A stretch of DNA of 62,569 nt, counting the filler. It is 10 parts of 10 records of this genome, joined end to end, with 100 filler letters (N's around TTAATTAATTAA, not from the genome) between each part and the next. Parts side by side here need not be neighbours in the genome. Positions count along the whole stretch, not along the records: positions 45,954 to 50,973 come from SRR31147125_298585; positions 51,074 to 56,435 come from SRR31147125_299099; positions 56,536 to 62,569 come from SRR31147125_300153; 7 more parts are not named here. One strand, given 5' to 3'. A program made the translations under genes and the position numbers. Every line of letters begins with the position of its first letter. Position 1 is the stretch's first letter. A model generated the notes under the pieces. That model had not been told where the DNA came from. It worked only from the letters and a program-made list of their open reading frames with translations, and made no database searches. Shown piece after piece: positions 46,077 through 56,637 of the stretch.

Positions 46077-48204
46077 ATGAGAAAAAATTACCATTTATTC
46101 AGAGTCTTATTCTGATTGGGGCGGCAGTTTTGCTGCTCAGCTGGGGGGGAAGAGTCATGCGTTGGCATCGGAGCGTACTTCCCATCAGCAGGTGGTTGAA
46201 CTGGAGCAGGTGGTGGTGACCGCCACCAGAAACGAAAAATCCCCGGATGAAGTGACCGCCGATGTCGACCTGGTGACGGCCCAAGAGATCAATGCCGCCC
46301 CGGCCAACAACGTCGATGATATTTTACGTCGTCTGGGCGGTGTGGATATCCGGCGGCCATCCGATTTCGGAATCACTTCGCCGATGGATATCACCATCCG
46401 AGGGGTGGGCGGTACCAAACGCACCCTTTTCATGGTGGACGGGGTTCCCGTCAACTCGGCCATTACCGGGTTTGTCTTCCCCAACATGCTTCAGATGCCC
46501 TCCATCGATCGGATCGAGGTGGTCAAAGGGGCGTTCTCTTCCCTGTACGGCAGTAACGCCATGGGCGGCGTGATCAATGTGATTACCAAAGAGCGAAAGA
46601 GTGAGGGAGTGGAATTTACGCCCATGGTGAAATCGGGGAACTTCGGCCTTTTCGAGGCGGGCGGATCCGTCTCCGGTCGCAGCGGAGCACTGGGATACTC
46701 TTTGAGTGCAAGCCATCGGCAGATCGACAATCACTATCGCCGGGACGAAAATGTAGACTACACCTTCAACCGCATGACCGGCGCCTTCACCAAAAGCTAT
46801 GAAGATGTCACCGAGCACTCGGAATATGACGATCAGCGTCTGTTTGCCAAATTCACCTATGACCTGTCCGACGATACGCGCATCACCTTCAGCGGCAACA
46901 CGGCTGAAACCATGTCGGAAATGGGAATGACCAGCTACCAGGATACGCCAAAGGAAGAGGACAGCGAGCATCGGTTCCACTTTCTAAACGTGAATGCCCG
47001 GACCGTCATTGCCGACAAGATCGACGTGGATGTACGTCTCTACACCAACTACGATCGTACCGATTCCAAGACCGAGCACATTTTGAAATTATCCGATAGC
47101 ACATCCGACACCGCCATGTCCGGCGAAATGGGAGGCAGCACCATGTCCGGAGGAATGTCCGGGATGGGGAGCATGGGAGGCGGCACCTATGAATACCTTT
47201 ACGGCAAAAGAAACCATAGAGGCCGGGACATCGGCTTTCAGGCCAAAGCCGGAATGGTCATCGGCGATCGCAACTATCTCACCGCAGGGGTCGATTCCAG
47301 CTTTGTGGACGGCTATTGGATCAACAGTCAAGAGGACGGCACCGTCATTGGCGATGCCATGGACGAATCCATTGACAATCAGGCGATCTATCTCCAGAAC
47401 GAATCCCAGCTCTTGGACGATCTCACGGTGACATTGGGTCTCAGATACGACATCAACTCCGAGTCCGAAGACTCGTTTTCTCCAAAAATCGGGGTGCTCT
47501 ATCGTCTCTCCGACCGCATCAGTTTTCGGACATCGGCAGGAAGGGCCTTCAGAGCTCCCAATCTCAACGAGCTCTACACGCCCACCTGGATGATGGTGGC
47601 GGGGGTCCCCTTTGAATCCAACCCGGATCTGGAGCCGGAGGTGGTGTGGTCTTACGATCTGGGCGCCCGAATCAAACTCACCGATCACTTGAACGTTCAT
47701 TGCACCGGTTTTTACTCCAAAGCCGAGGATCTCATCTCCAACCCCATCACCATGGGGGTCATGCGTTACGAAAACCTGGATGAAGTGGAGACCGACGGCT
47801 TTGAGACCGGCATCGAAGGGAATCTCTTTCCATGGCTCAATGTTTACCTCAACTATACTTACACCCATTCGGTGGACAAAGATAGCGGACGCCTCGAGGA
47901 TCAGCCCCTTCATCAAGGGAACGGCGGCATCATGCTGACCCATGCCTTCTCTTCCGACATCAAGATGACTGCCACATTGGATCTGCGCTACAACGGTGAG
48001 ATGGCTTATTCCGACATGATGACCGGCACGGCCATCGAGCTGGATGATTGGGTGGTGGCGGATTTGGGGGTTCGGTTTCAGCTCTTCGATCGCCTGGGGA
48101 TTCAGGCGGCAATGACCAATCTGTTTGACGAAGAGTACGAAATCCACGGTTCCAACCTGGGGCCGGAGCAGTGCTACTGGGTGGCCATGGATTACACCTT
48201 TTGA
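46077..48204 (+). CDS. TonB-dependent receptor with a Met-rich loop; signal-peptide region has apparent homopolymer indels
   Basis: TonB box EQVVVTATR, plug IDRIEVVKGAFSSLYGSNAMGGVINVITK, AFRAPNLNELY, NPDLEPE and C-terminal DYTF. Confidence 0.92.
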
Positions 48205-48221
48205 TGACAGGGAGCAGCGAT

Positions 48222-50009
48222 ATGCAGCGACAACAATCAGCAGAGAGCCGTCATCTTTTGTCGAGGATGACGGTTTTGATCACATTGTCAGTAATGGTAT
48301 CATTTTTCAACCCAAGCAATGTCGGGGCGTCTAATTTAGAAAAAGAGTTGGTTGTTGGCACCGGATGGGATGCCACTCGCCCCGGAGATTTTCAACCGTT
48401 GGGGATGTGGGAACCGGCTTGCCTCATCTACGAGACATTGGTCAATCTGGATCAGCAGAGTCAACCCGTTCCCTGCTTGGCAACGTCGTGGGAGGTTTCC
48501 GAGGATGGAAAAAACTATACCTTCCATCTCCAGGAAGGGGTCTGTTTTCACGATGGCACCTTTAGCGCCCAGGCCGTGAAGTTCAACTACGAGCGACTGG
48601 GACGCATCAACTGGCAGGCTGTCTCAAGAGCCGTGGATCGCGTGGTGGTTGTCGATCCGCTCACCATCCGGTTTACCCTGAAACGACCCGTTCCTCTCTT
48701 TTTCATCCATTTGGCAGGCAGCGGCTACGGGATTGTGGCCCCTTCGGTCATCTCCACACCATCGAACGCATCAAATACGTCTAAATCGATGCCTCCCAAA
48801 ATGTCCGGAATGGCCAAAATGGCCGGCAGTGAGAAGATGGCGGAAGTGTCGAATCCGATGGATCATGGCGTTAAGGCGGATCAGATGGATCAGACGACCC
48901 GGCTGGACAAGAAAATGCCCAAAGCGATGATGGCGGCCATGAAGAAGAAAGGGGTGAATATGGGGAAAGGCGCTACCGTCCCTCAGGTCGCCAAAGTGAC
49001 CGCCGCCATCGGAACAGGTCCTTTCAAGTGGGATGCGGATGGATACCGCCGGGCGCAATCCTTTTCAGTGGTCGAAAATGACGCATATTGGCAGGGAAAA
49101 CCGCGATTTGAGCGGATCACATGGAAAGTGATTCCCGATCCCGCCGCCCGAACCATCGCCCTTGAGACCGGAGAGATCCACCTTACCGGTCAATCTCCCA
49201 ATGCCTCTTTGACCGAGGAAAACATTCAAATCCTCGGCAGCAATCCCAATATAACACTCTCTCAATCGAAGAACTGGGGCAGCCGCCTGGTGCTCATCAA
49301 CCATACCCGTCCGCCGCTGGATAACCCGGATGTCAGAAAAGCCATTCAGATGGCCATGGACACCCGATCCATCCAGATGTTGTTTCAAAATATGGCCACG
49401 GTGTGTCCAGGTCCCTTTGGGCCGGATACGCCGTTGACCCACCCTGACATCGCTTTACCGGAATACAACCCCGATGCAGCTGGAAAGTTGTTGGATAAGG
49501 CAGGCGTGAAAGATAGCGATGGAGACGGTATCCGGGAGTTTGACGGAAAGCCGTTGACGATACGATTCACCGTTGCCAAGAGTCAGACCATGGCGGTTCT
49601 GGTGTGTGAATATCTCAAAAAGATCAGCATCGACGCCTCCATTCTCCCCAGAGAAAAGGGATCGATTTTCGAGATCCTGAAACAGATGGATTTCGATATG
49701 GCAGTGCACCCCAATATCCCGTCGTTCTATCTGGGACTCTATCACACCTTTCACACCAAAGGGCGATGGTCGGCCCGGTTTAATCTGCCAAAGTTGGATC
49801 GTTTGCTGGAACAGGGCGAGGCGGCAACGGATATGGATCAGTTCAAATCGCTGAGCCGTCAGGCCCAGAAGATGATTCACGATCAGCATATCATTTTGTT
49901 CGGCGTCAATGAGAGCAAAGTCGCCGCCAATACCAAAATGTTGGGAGCATTTTCTTTTCCGCCGGAGGAGTGGGTGGGAGCCATGCAGGATATCTGGAAG
50001 CGAAAGTAA
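48222..50009 (+). CDS. ABC substrate-binding protein, family 5 (NikA/DppA-like), with a Met/Lys-rich insertion
   Basis: IYETLV..PCLATSWEVSEDGKNYTFHL..GV.FHDG, IGTGPFK, YWQGKP and LDKAG..DSDGDGIRE. GGAG RBS upstream. Confidence 0.9.
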   Translation: MQRQQSAESRHLLSRMTVLITLSVMVSFFNPSNVGASNLEKELVVGTGWDATRPGDFQPLGMWEPACLIYETLVNLDQQSQPVPCLATSWEVSEDGKNYTFHLQEGVCFHDGTFSAQAVKFNYERLGRINWQAVSRAVDRVVVVDPLTIRFTLKRPVPLFFIHLAGSGYGIVAPSVISTPSNASNTSKSMPPKMSGMAKMAGSEKMAEVSNPMDHGVKADQMDQTTRLDKKMPKAMMAAMKKKGVNMGKGATVPQVAKVTAAIGTGPFKWDADGYRRAQSFSVVENDAYWQGKPRFERITWKVIPDPAARTIALETGEIHLTGQSPNASLTEENIQILGSNPNITLSQSKNWGSRLVLINHTRPPLDNPDVRKAIQMAMDTRSIQMLFQNMATVCPGPFGPDTPLTHPDIALPEYNPDAAGKLLDKAGVKDSDGDGIREFDGKPLTIRFTVAKSQTMAVLVCEYLKKISIDASILPREKGSIFEILKQMDFDMAVHPNIPSFYLGLYHTFHTKGRWSARFNLPKLDRLLEQGEAATDMDQFKSLSRQAQKMIHDQHIILFGVNESKVAANTKMLGAFSFPPEEWVGAMQDIWKRK

Positions 50010-50029
50010 AATGCACTGAATGGAACAAG

Positions 50030-50162
50030 TGACATCGTAATACCGAGAGGTGCGAGTAACACTTAAGCGAAATGAAGTCGCGTCGGGAGATTCGATGTCA
50101 TTTTGTCCTGGCAGACGGTCTGCCGGGATAGTTTAGAAGCTGTTTTGAAAATGACTTCTAAA
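50030..50162 (+). promoter_or_regulatory. Three consecutive inverted repeats upstream of the second TonB receptor (structured leader, terminator or operators)
   Basis: TGACATCG(50030-37)/CGATGTCA(50093-100); TCCTGGCAGA/TCTGCCGGGA (50106-50128); TTTAGAAG(50132-39)/CTTCTAAA(50155-62). Confidence 0.45.
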
Positions 50163-50202
50163 AGGAAAATAGAAAAAATCTTAACAAACGGAGTGGAAAA
50201 AG

Positions 50203-50973
50203 ATGAATCAGAAGTTGGAAAAATTTGAGTCCGGGAGAAAAATGAGAAAAAAGGGATCCATCCTAAACGTTACGCTGACAATCTTAGCGTTGGCTGCTTT
50301 TTGCAGCCCTGTTCCATGGGCTGTTGCATCATCAGATACTATTGAACTGCCGGAAACCACGGTAAAAGGAAGAAGGATCGAAGAGAGACTTTCTGCTGAG
50401 CTTGCTGAATACGGGCATAAAGTGGAGATTATCAATGCCGAGGAGATCAAAACCGGCGGATATACCGATATCAATCAAGTATTGGAGGCGCTGGTTCCAG
50501 GACTCTATATCAACTCCAAGAGCGGACGTGGCGATTATGTTCGAATGAGTCTTAACGGCGGGGATAACAAACGGGTCATTTTTCTCATCGACGGCGTTCG
50601 CCTAAACAATAGACTTTACGGCAAAGGCTATCTCGATACCGTGTCCCTTCAAATGATTGAAAGGATTGAAGTGTTGAAAAACGGTGAGGGCCTCTTTTAC
50701 GGTACAGACGGAACCTCCGGTGCCATCAATATTATCACAAAAAAAGTGACAAAAGCGCGTCATGGCAGCGTCGGTGCCGGATTTGGTAGCCACAAGGCAT
50801 CCGAAGCACATGGTATGATCTCCGAAACAATCAATGGCAACGGCTTTTTAGTATATGGATCCTACGACGGCTGGGAAGGATATCGTCCATTCAGGGATGA
50901 AGATTACGATCACATCGATGGGGCCAGCCGAAAAGATCGCGGGTATGATCGAAGCGCTCTTCTTGGAAAATTC
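50203..50973 (+). CDS. TonB-dependent receptor, N-terminal part (3' truncated; start 50203 or 50242)
   Basis: Signal peptide and plug LIDGVRLNNRLY..IERIEVLKNGEGLFYGTDGTSGAINIITK. Confidence 0.88.
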
Positions 50974-51122
50974 NNNNNNNNNNNNNNNNNNNNNNNNNNN
51001 NNNNNNNNNNNNNNNNNTTAATTAATTAANNNNNNNNNNNNNNNNNNNNNNNNNNNNNNNNNNNNNNNNNNNNGCTTCATTTGCATCGGTTCGATCGATC
51101 AAATGCATGGAAAGGAGAAAAG

Positions 51123-51912
51123 ATGCGGTTGTGGCAGCAAAGCATGATTTTCCTGGCCCGAAACCAATCGGTGAAGCGCTTTATGCACCGTCGTGCAGCG
51201 TTATCACAATTGTCAATGGGATTCGTCGGAGGTGCAAATATGAACGAAGCGGCCGAAAAGGCCATTGGGTTACATTCGGCGGGTTATTTCTCCTCCCTTT
51301 TTCATCTTGGTGAATATGTCGAAAATGAACAGGTCGTGGAGCAAACGGTTGATTCTTTGAAATCCTTAGCAGCCAGCCTGGCTGAATCGAACTTGGATGT
51401 TCATATTTCCGTTGATCCGACGCAAATCGGATATCTCTTGGATGCGGATAATTGTGTGGGTTATACGATGGATCTGGCAAAACAAATCGGGCGGAACACC
51501 AGTTCTCCAAACCCGGCGGCCAGACATTTTCTAATGCTGGATATGGAGGATTCCACCCTCACATCGTTCACGAATCGGCGGGACATAGACGACAATTATC
51601 TTCAACTGGCAAACGGATGTTGTCCGAAGAAGCGCACAAAAAGGATTCTATCCCATATTCGGGACACACGATGATCGATTGATCGATCAAATTATCGGCA
51701 TGGCCCAAACGAGAGACTGGGCCAAACAATCCTATGAATTTGAAATGCTTTGCGGTGTACGGAGAAAATATCAGGAGCAACTCGTGCGGGCCGGACATAA
51801 GGTGCGGCTGTATCTTCCATTTGGAACCGAGTGGTGGCCGTATGCTGTCCGGCGGGTGGGGGAAAGCGCGAAGAATGCAAGATTTTTAATTCATTCCCTG
51901 TACGGTCGATGA
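51123..51912 (+). pseudogene. Monofunctional proline dehydrogenase, internally deleted and frameshifted
   Basis: FVGG..LGEYV..ISVDPTQIG..LMLDMEDS jumps straight to RRDIDDNYLQLA, so the QAYL..RLVKGA core is missing. The C-terminus GTHD..YEFEMLCGVR..VRLYLPFGTEWWPYAVRRVGE is in other frames. Confidence 0.7.
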
Positions 51913-51989
51913 TCCTGGGTGGCTATCCGGTCCGAATCCTTGAATGGCGGTTTAGGAATAAGGACGTTGTGTGTCAACAATAAAGTCGA

Positions 51990-52425
51990 TACAGCATATC
52001 GGCGGGGCGTTTCTGATTCCGTACGTCGTGGCCCTCTTCACCGCCGGCATCCCGATCCTTTCGATGAATTTCTCGGCCTCTCCAGCGGCGCCTGGAAACT
52101 CGATGGCCTCAACTGGTCCGTCGTTGCGGCGGTATTCCTGATCTGGCTGACAAACTGGATAATCACCTACAACGGCATCGAAAAGGGGATTGAGCGGGCC
52201 GTCAAGATCATGATGCCGGTCCTGTTTGCCATCAACCATCGTTATCATCGCCTGGGCCATCTGCCTGGAGGGCGCAGGGAACGGCATTCGCCTGTACACC
52301 ACACCCGATTTCAACAAAATTCGAAACATCGAGGTATGGATCGCCGCCCATGGCCAGATCTTCTTCTACCTTTCCCTGGGATTCGGCATCATGATCGCAT
52401 ACGCATCCTACCTTCCGAAAAAGAA
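51990..52425 (+). pseudogene. Fragments of an NSS/SNF-family sodium:solute symporter
   Basis: GAFLIPYVVALFTAGIP, GIEKGIERAVKIMMPVLF and PDF..EVWIAAHGQIFFYLSLGFGIMIAYASY. Deleted and frameshifted. Confidence 0.7.
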
Positions 52426-52718
52426 AGTCGGGCAGGGCAGTGTTTTTTTCTTTTATCTGCCGGCATCGCAGAAGGCCGTTCACGAGGTCCGCGCCGAATC
52501 CGAACGGCTCGCCATGGGCAGTGAATCGATTCTCCTGGTCCCGGCTTAAACGCATCGATCCAGACGTCAAGGTTCTGCTTTCCAGCGGTTATGGTATTGA
52601 CGGCAAGGCCATTCGTATTTTAAAACGGGGATGCAACGGCTTCATCCAGAAACCGTTCACGGCCAATGTGCCGGCCAAAAAAATAAGGCCGGTTTTCAGC
52701 AAGACTTCGTCCTCGTAA
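52420..52718 (+). pseudogene. Remnant of a hybrid histidine kinase C-terminus (HATPase end and receiver end)
   Basis: VGQGSVFFFYLPAS..GSESILLV and LKRIDPDVKVLLSSGY..GCNGFIQKPF. The receiver's phospho-Asp region is missing. Confidence 0.6.
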
Positions 52719-52736
52719 GTCGTCAATGTATGCAAT

Positions 52737-55700
52737 ATGCTCAAGTCCAAGCTGACCATCCCCCACCTATCGCGGATATTCCAGCGGCCGCGACTGCATG
52801 GCCTGCTTCGGCGGCTGGCCGAGAAGCGGTTAACCCTCGTCGTGGGGGGCGCAGGCTATGGCAAGACCACATTGGTTGCCAATGCCCTCCGGCGGCGGAA
52901 ACGCAAGGCGGTTTGGTACCACCTCGATGAAACCGATCGGGATTTTTCAACCTTTATCGCCTACCTGCTGCATGGCTTCCAACCGTATCTGAACGGCGAG
53001 GATGAAATCCTCGCCGCCCTCCGGTCGGCCTTGCGCCTGTCCGTTCCACAGCGCCTGGAAATCCTCGAAAGACTGATCCATCAGTTGGAGCAAACAATCG
53101 ATTTTGAGTTGCTTCTCGTTCTGGATGACTTCCACCTGATTCAAGATACACCCGAGATCTGTGAATCCATCGAGTTCCTGCTCAAACACCTGCCGGCCGT
53201 CATTCACCTGGTCCTTGTTTCGAGGGTCGAGCCGGCCATCCGCATCTCCAGACTGCGGGTCATGGACGAGGTCGCCGAAGTTCATGAATCGGATATGACC
53301 TTCACCCTTGAAGAGATCCAAGGGCTGGCCGCAGACGTGTTCAATCTTCGATTGGGGCCCGCCATTCTGAAACAGATTCAGGCGAAAACAAGAGGGTGGG
53401 CCGCCAGTCTGGTTTTGTTCTTCCTCGTATTAAGGGGCAAGACCGGTGAAGCGGTTGAGAGCCAGTTGGAGGGCATCACCGGCTCCCACAGGTTGATTTT
53501 TGCATACCTGGAGGAAAATGTTTTCGAGTCCCAATCCCCTTTTGTCAAAGAATTCATGATGAAAACGGCGCTTCTCGATAAACTCGATCCCGGGTTTTGC
53601 GACGCTTATCTTGGCATACACCGATCGCGGGCACTGCTCGAACAACTGACCGCCGATCACCTGTTGACCCAAAAAAATGAGTCCGGGGATCTGTATGCCT
53701 ATCATCACCTGCTCAAAGAATTTCTGCTAACCAGACTGCGCAAGGCCACCGACGATAACATGCTTAAGGACCTGTGCCTGAAAATCGCCCGTTTGTTGGA
53801 TGAAAAGGGCGATGATATTGCCGCCATTCAGTATTATTTGGATGCAGACGAATTTCCCCTCGCCGCCCGGCGCCTATACGATGCCGGGGAAAGGCTGTTT
53901 CAAACCGGTCAACTCAACCGTATCCGCGCTTTTCTCGACCGGTTTCCACAAACCATGATCGCATCTGTGCCCGGGCTCCTATATATCAATGCCAAAATGC
54001 GGTCATTCTCGGGCGACCCGCTTGGCGCAATATCTCTATTCAACAGGGCCCTGGACGGCTTCCAAAGGGAAACGTCCGATGCGCGGGTAATGGATTGCCA
54101 GATCAACCTGGGCCTGAACTATTACTATACGGGGCATATCAAAGAGGCCGAAACCTACCTGGAGAACTGCCTGAAAACCGGGGGCGGCATGCGAACCCTT
54201 GAAATCACCGGCTTGTTGATCATGATTCCCGCCATTCTAGGCAACGCGGCCAAGGCCGATGCCTATGCCGGCATGGCCCGTGAGGTCTTGGGCGGCCTCG
54301 GCGGGCCGGTGAAACGGCAGATGGAGACATGGATTACGTTTTGCCTGAGTTATCGTTTGTTTTGTGCGGGAAACTTCAAGCGGGCCTATGATCTGGGGCT
54401 GGATGCCTTCAGGTGTTTTGCAAACAGCGATCAAACGAAGGTGATTATGCCGCTTGCCAGTCTCCACGTGGCCCTGCCCGCCTATTTTCTGGGACAACCG
54501 CGAACGGGACTCGGTCATGCGCAGAAAGGGCTTGAGCGGCTCGAACAGATGGAGATCCAGGACAACCAGGTCGGATGGCTGAACTATGCGGCCGCATTGA
54601 ACCTGAGCGGGATCGGCCGCATGGATGAGGCCCTGGCCCACGCACGCACCAGCCTCGAGCTGTTCTTACGACAATCCTGTTACTGGGGCCAGGCCACGGT
54701 TCACGACCTGATGCATTTCATCCATCGTAAAATGGGAGCCCCCGACGCTGCAACGCGCGATCTGGATAAGGGCTTCAGGGTGCTTGAGAACACGGATCTG
54801 CCCTTCACCCGGGCCATTCTTGAAATCGGCCGGCTGAGCATGCTGATCGACGACAAACAGCTCGATGGCGTCCAGGAGCGTCTGGAAACGGTAAGCGATA
54901 ACCTCAACGGTTCACTTTTTTACACCTTCAAGGCCCGGTTGTTGTCCGCCAAGCTGAAGTGGTATCGCCAAGATCCTGTCCGTGCCCGGGCATATCTGCG
55001 GACGGCGGTCCATATGGCCGATAAACACGGCTATCGGCACCAGCTTGCCAATCATGCCGGTTGGGTCGCTGCGCTGATCGCGGCACTACCCGACAGCGCC
55101 ACCGATCAGCCCTGGATGCGGCGCGTTCTCGATATCCAGAAGAAACAATCGAGCCGGGATGCTGTCGCTGATCATCCGTTCCACGGAGCGGAAAAAACCG
55201 CGACGGCGGCCTTGGTCGAGCGCCGGCCGGCTCCCGGAATCAGAATTTGCCTGCTGGGCCATTTCAATATCAAGATGGGCAATCAAGACCATCCCCTGGA
55301 GGACTTGAAAAATGCCAAAGCACGCATGATGATCAAGTATCTGGCGGCGATGCACAACCATGGTTTTATTCACCGGGACGAAATCATCGAGCTTTTATGG
55401 CCGGAAGAGGATTTCAATAAAACCCGTAAACGGTTCAATGTTGCCGTCAGCGCCATCCGGAAGTTTTTTGAACCGCAGATCAGGCGTGGCCAGCCCTCCG
55501 CATACCTTAAAAAACAGGGTGTCTCATTCAAGTTGGACCCGGGCGATGGCGGGGGAATCGATGTCCATGATTTTTTAGACCGGATCAAAAAGGGAAATCG
55601 CAGCCGTGATCCGGGGCAAGCCATCCATCACTATCTGGCCGCTCAACGGGTCTATGGCGGCCCATTTCTTGTCGAGGACCCCTATACGCAGTGGTGCCGT

Positions 55701-55997
55701 GATGAAAGACGGAGCCTGCAACACAGGTATTTATCCGTGTTGTGGAAGATTATCGGCCATTATCATGATGAACAGGATTACGCCAATGGCATCTTGTATG
55801 CCGATCAATATCTTGGTGTCGACGACAGCGCCGAGCACGTTTACCAAAAGCTCATGGCGTTTCACGCGATGGCCGGCAACCGATCGGAAATCAAAAAAGT
55901 GTTCGAGACCTGCAAGCGGGTGGTCTCCGATTCGCTGGATTGCCCACTGCATCCCAAAACGATGGATCTCTATCGTTCCCTGCTCCAGCAAACCTGA
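52737..55997 (+). CDS. MalT-like STAND ATPase transcription regulator with TPR repeats and C-terminal DNA-binding/BTAD (SARP-like) domains
   Basis: SKLTIP..RPRL, Walker A GGAGYGKT, Walker B LVLDDFH, TRGWAASL, YAYHHLLKEFL, TPRs, HRDEIIELLWP and YGGPFL..PYTQWC..ER. Confidence 0.9.
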   Translation: MLKSKLTIPHLSRIFQRPRLHGLLRRLAEKRLTLVVGGAGYGKTTLVANALRRRKRKAVWYHLDETDRDFSTFIAYLLHGFQPYLNGEDEILAALRSALRLSVPQRLEILERLIHQLEQTIDFELLLVLDDFHLIQDTPEICESIEFLLKHLPAVIHLVLVSRVEPAIRISRLRVMDEVAEVHESDMTFTLEEIQGLAADVFNLRLGPAILKQIQAKTRGWAASLVLFFLVLRGKTGEAVESQLEGITGSHRLIFAYLEENVFESQSPFVKEFMMKTALLDKLDPGFCDAYLGIHRSRALLEQLTADHLLTQKNESGDLYAYHHLLKEFLLTRLRKATDDNMLKDLCLKIARLLDEKGDDIAAIQYYLDADEFPLAARRLYDAGERLFQTGQLNRIRAFLDRFPQTMIASVPGLLYINAKMRSFSGDPLGAISLFNRALDGFQRETSDARVMDCQINLGLNYYYTGHIKEAETYLENCLKTGGGMRTLEITGLLIMIPAILGNAAKADAYAGMAREVLGGLGGPVKRQMETWITFCLSYRLFCAGNFKRAYDLGLDAFRCFANSDQTKVIMPLASLHVALPAYFLGQPRTGLGHAQKGLERLEQMEIQDNQVGWLNYAAALNLSGIGRMDEALAHARTSLELFLRQSCYWGQATVHDLMHFIHRKMGAPDAATRDLDKGFRVLENTDLPFTRAILEIGRLSMLIDDKQLDGVQERLETVSDNLNGSLFYTFKARLLSAKLKWYRQDPVRARAYLRTAVHMADKHGYRHQLANHAGWVAALIAALPDSATDQPWMRRVLDIQKKQSSRDAVADHPFHGAEKTATAALVERRPAPGIRICLLGHFNIKMGNQDHPLEDLKNAKARMMIKYLAAMHNHGFIHRDEIIELLWPEEDFNKTRKRFNVAVSAIRKFFEPQIRRGQPSAYLKKQGVSFKLDPGDGGGIDVHDFLDRIKKGNRSRDPGQAIHHYLAAQRVYGGPFLVEDPYTQWCRDERRSLQHRYLSVLWKIIGHYHDEQDYANGILYADQYLGVDDSAEHVYQKLMAFHAMAGNRSEIKKVFETCKRVVSDSLDCPLHPKTMDLYRSLLQQT

Positions 55998-56122
55998 AGC
56001 GACTTTTATTCCCCATTTATTCCTGGCCGTATACTCCGCGGTGGTCGTGGGGGCTTGATTTTGTACCCGCGTTCAATTTCGGTGACGAAAAATCCCTTAT
56101 TAATGCCAAAGGAGCATGACAG

Positions 56123-56435
56123 ATGGATTCCAAGTTGATTCCAAACGGTTTGGTGCGGGCACCATTTTGGAAATTTCTGATGGGACTGGCCATTGCAGGG
56201 GCCGTTATCCTGTGGGGAGTGGTTGCCATGCTGTTGTGCTGGTTCAAGGGGTTGAATCAAACCAACATGAACGATCATTATGGATTCGCCCTGTGGATCT
56301 GGGCCGACCTGGCGGTGATCGCCCTGGGCGGGGGCTTTTTTTACGGGCTTGCTCAGGTATATCATCGGCAAGGACGAACTCAAACATATCATCAACTACG
56401 CCGTCATCATCGGGTTTATCTGCTATAGCTCGGCC
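56123..56435 (+). CDS. qrcD: NrfD/PsrC-family membrane subunit, QrcD-like (3' truncated; frameshift ~56333)
   Basis: GLNQTNMNDHYGFALWIWADLAVIALGGG/FFTGLLRYIIGKDELKHIINYAVIIGFICYS matches QrcD of sulfate reducers. Confidence 0.75.
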
Positions 56436-56637
56436 NNNNNNNNNNNNNNNNNNNNNNNNNNNNNNNNNNNNNNNNNNNNTTAATTAATTAANNNNNNNNN
56501 NNNNNNNNNNNNNNNNNNNNNNNNNNNNNNNNNNNAGGACAGATCTTCCAGATATGCTAAGTGGGTAGTTATACTACCGGAAAAGCAACAAATTTACGTC
56601 ATTTTAAACGTTAATGCCAAAACTTCAAACTCATTTT

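Noticed and set aside
46077-46160. Phase variation at the G7 and A runs in the TonB receptor signal peptide
   Set aside because: The tracts are short and cannot be told apart from the dataset-wide homopolymer errors without reads.
40496-50009. Dpp ATPases of contig 7 as partners of the Met-rich binding protein of contig 8
   Set aside because: They are on different contigs, so linkage cannot be inferred.
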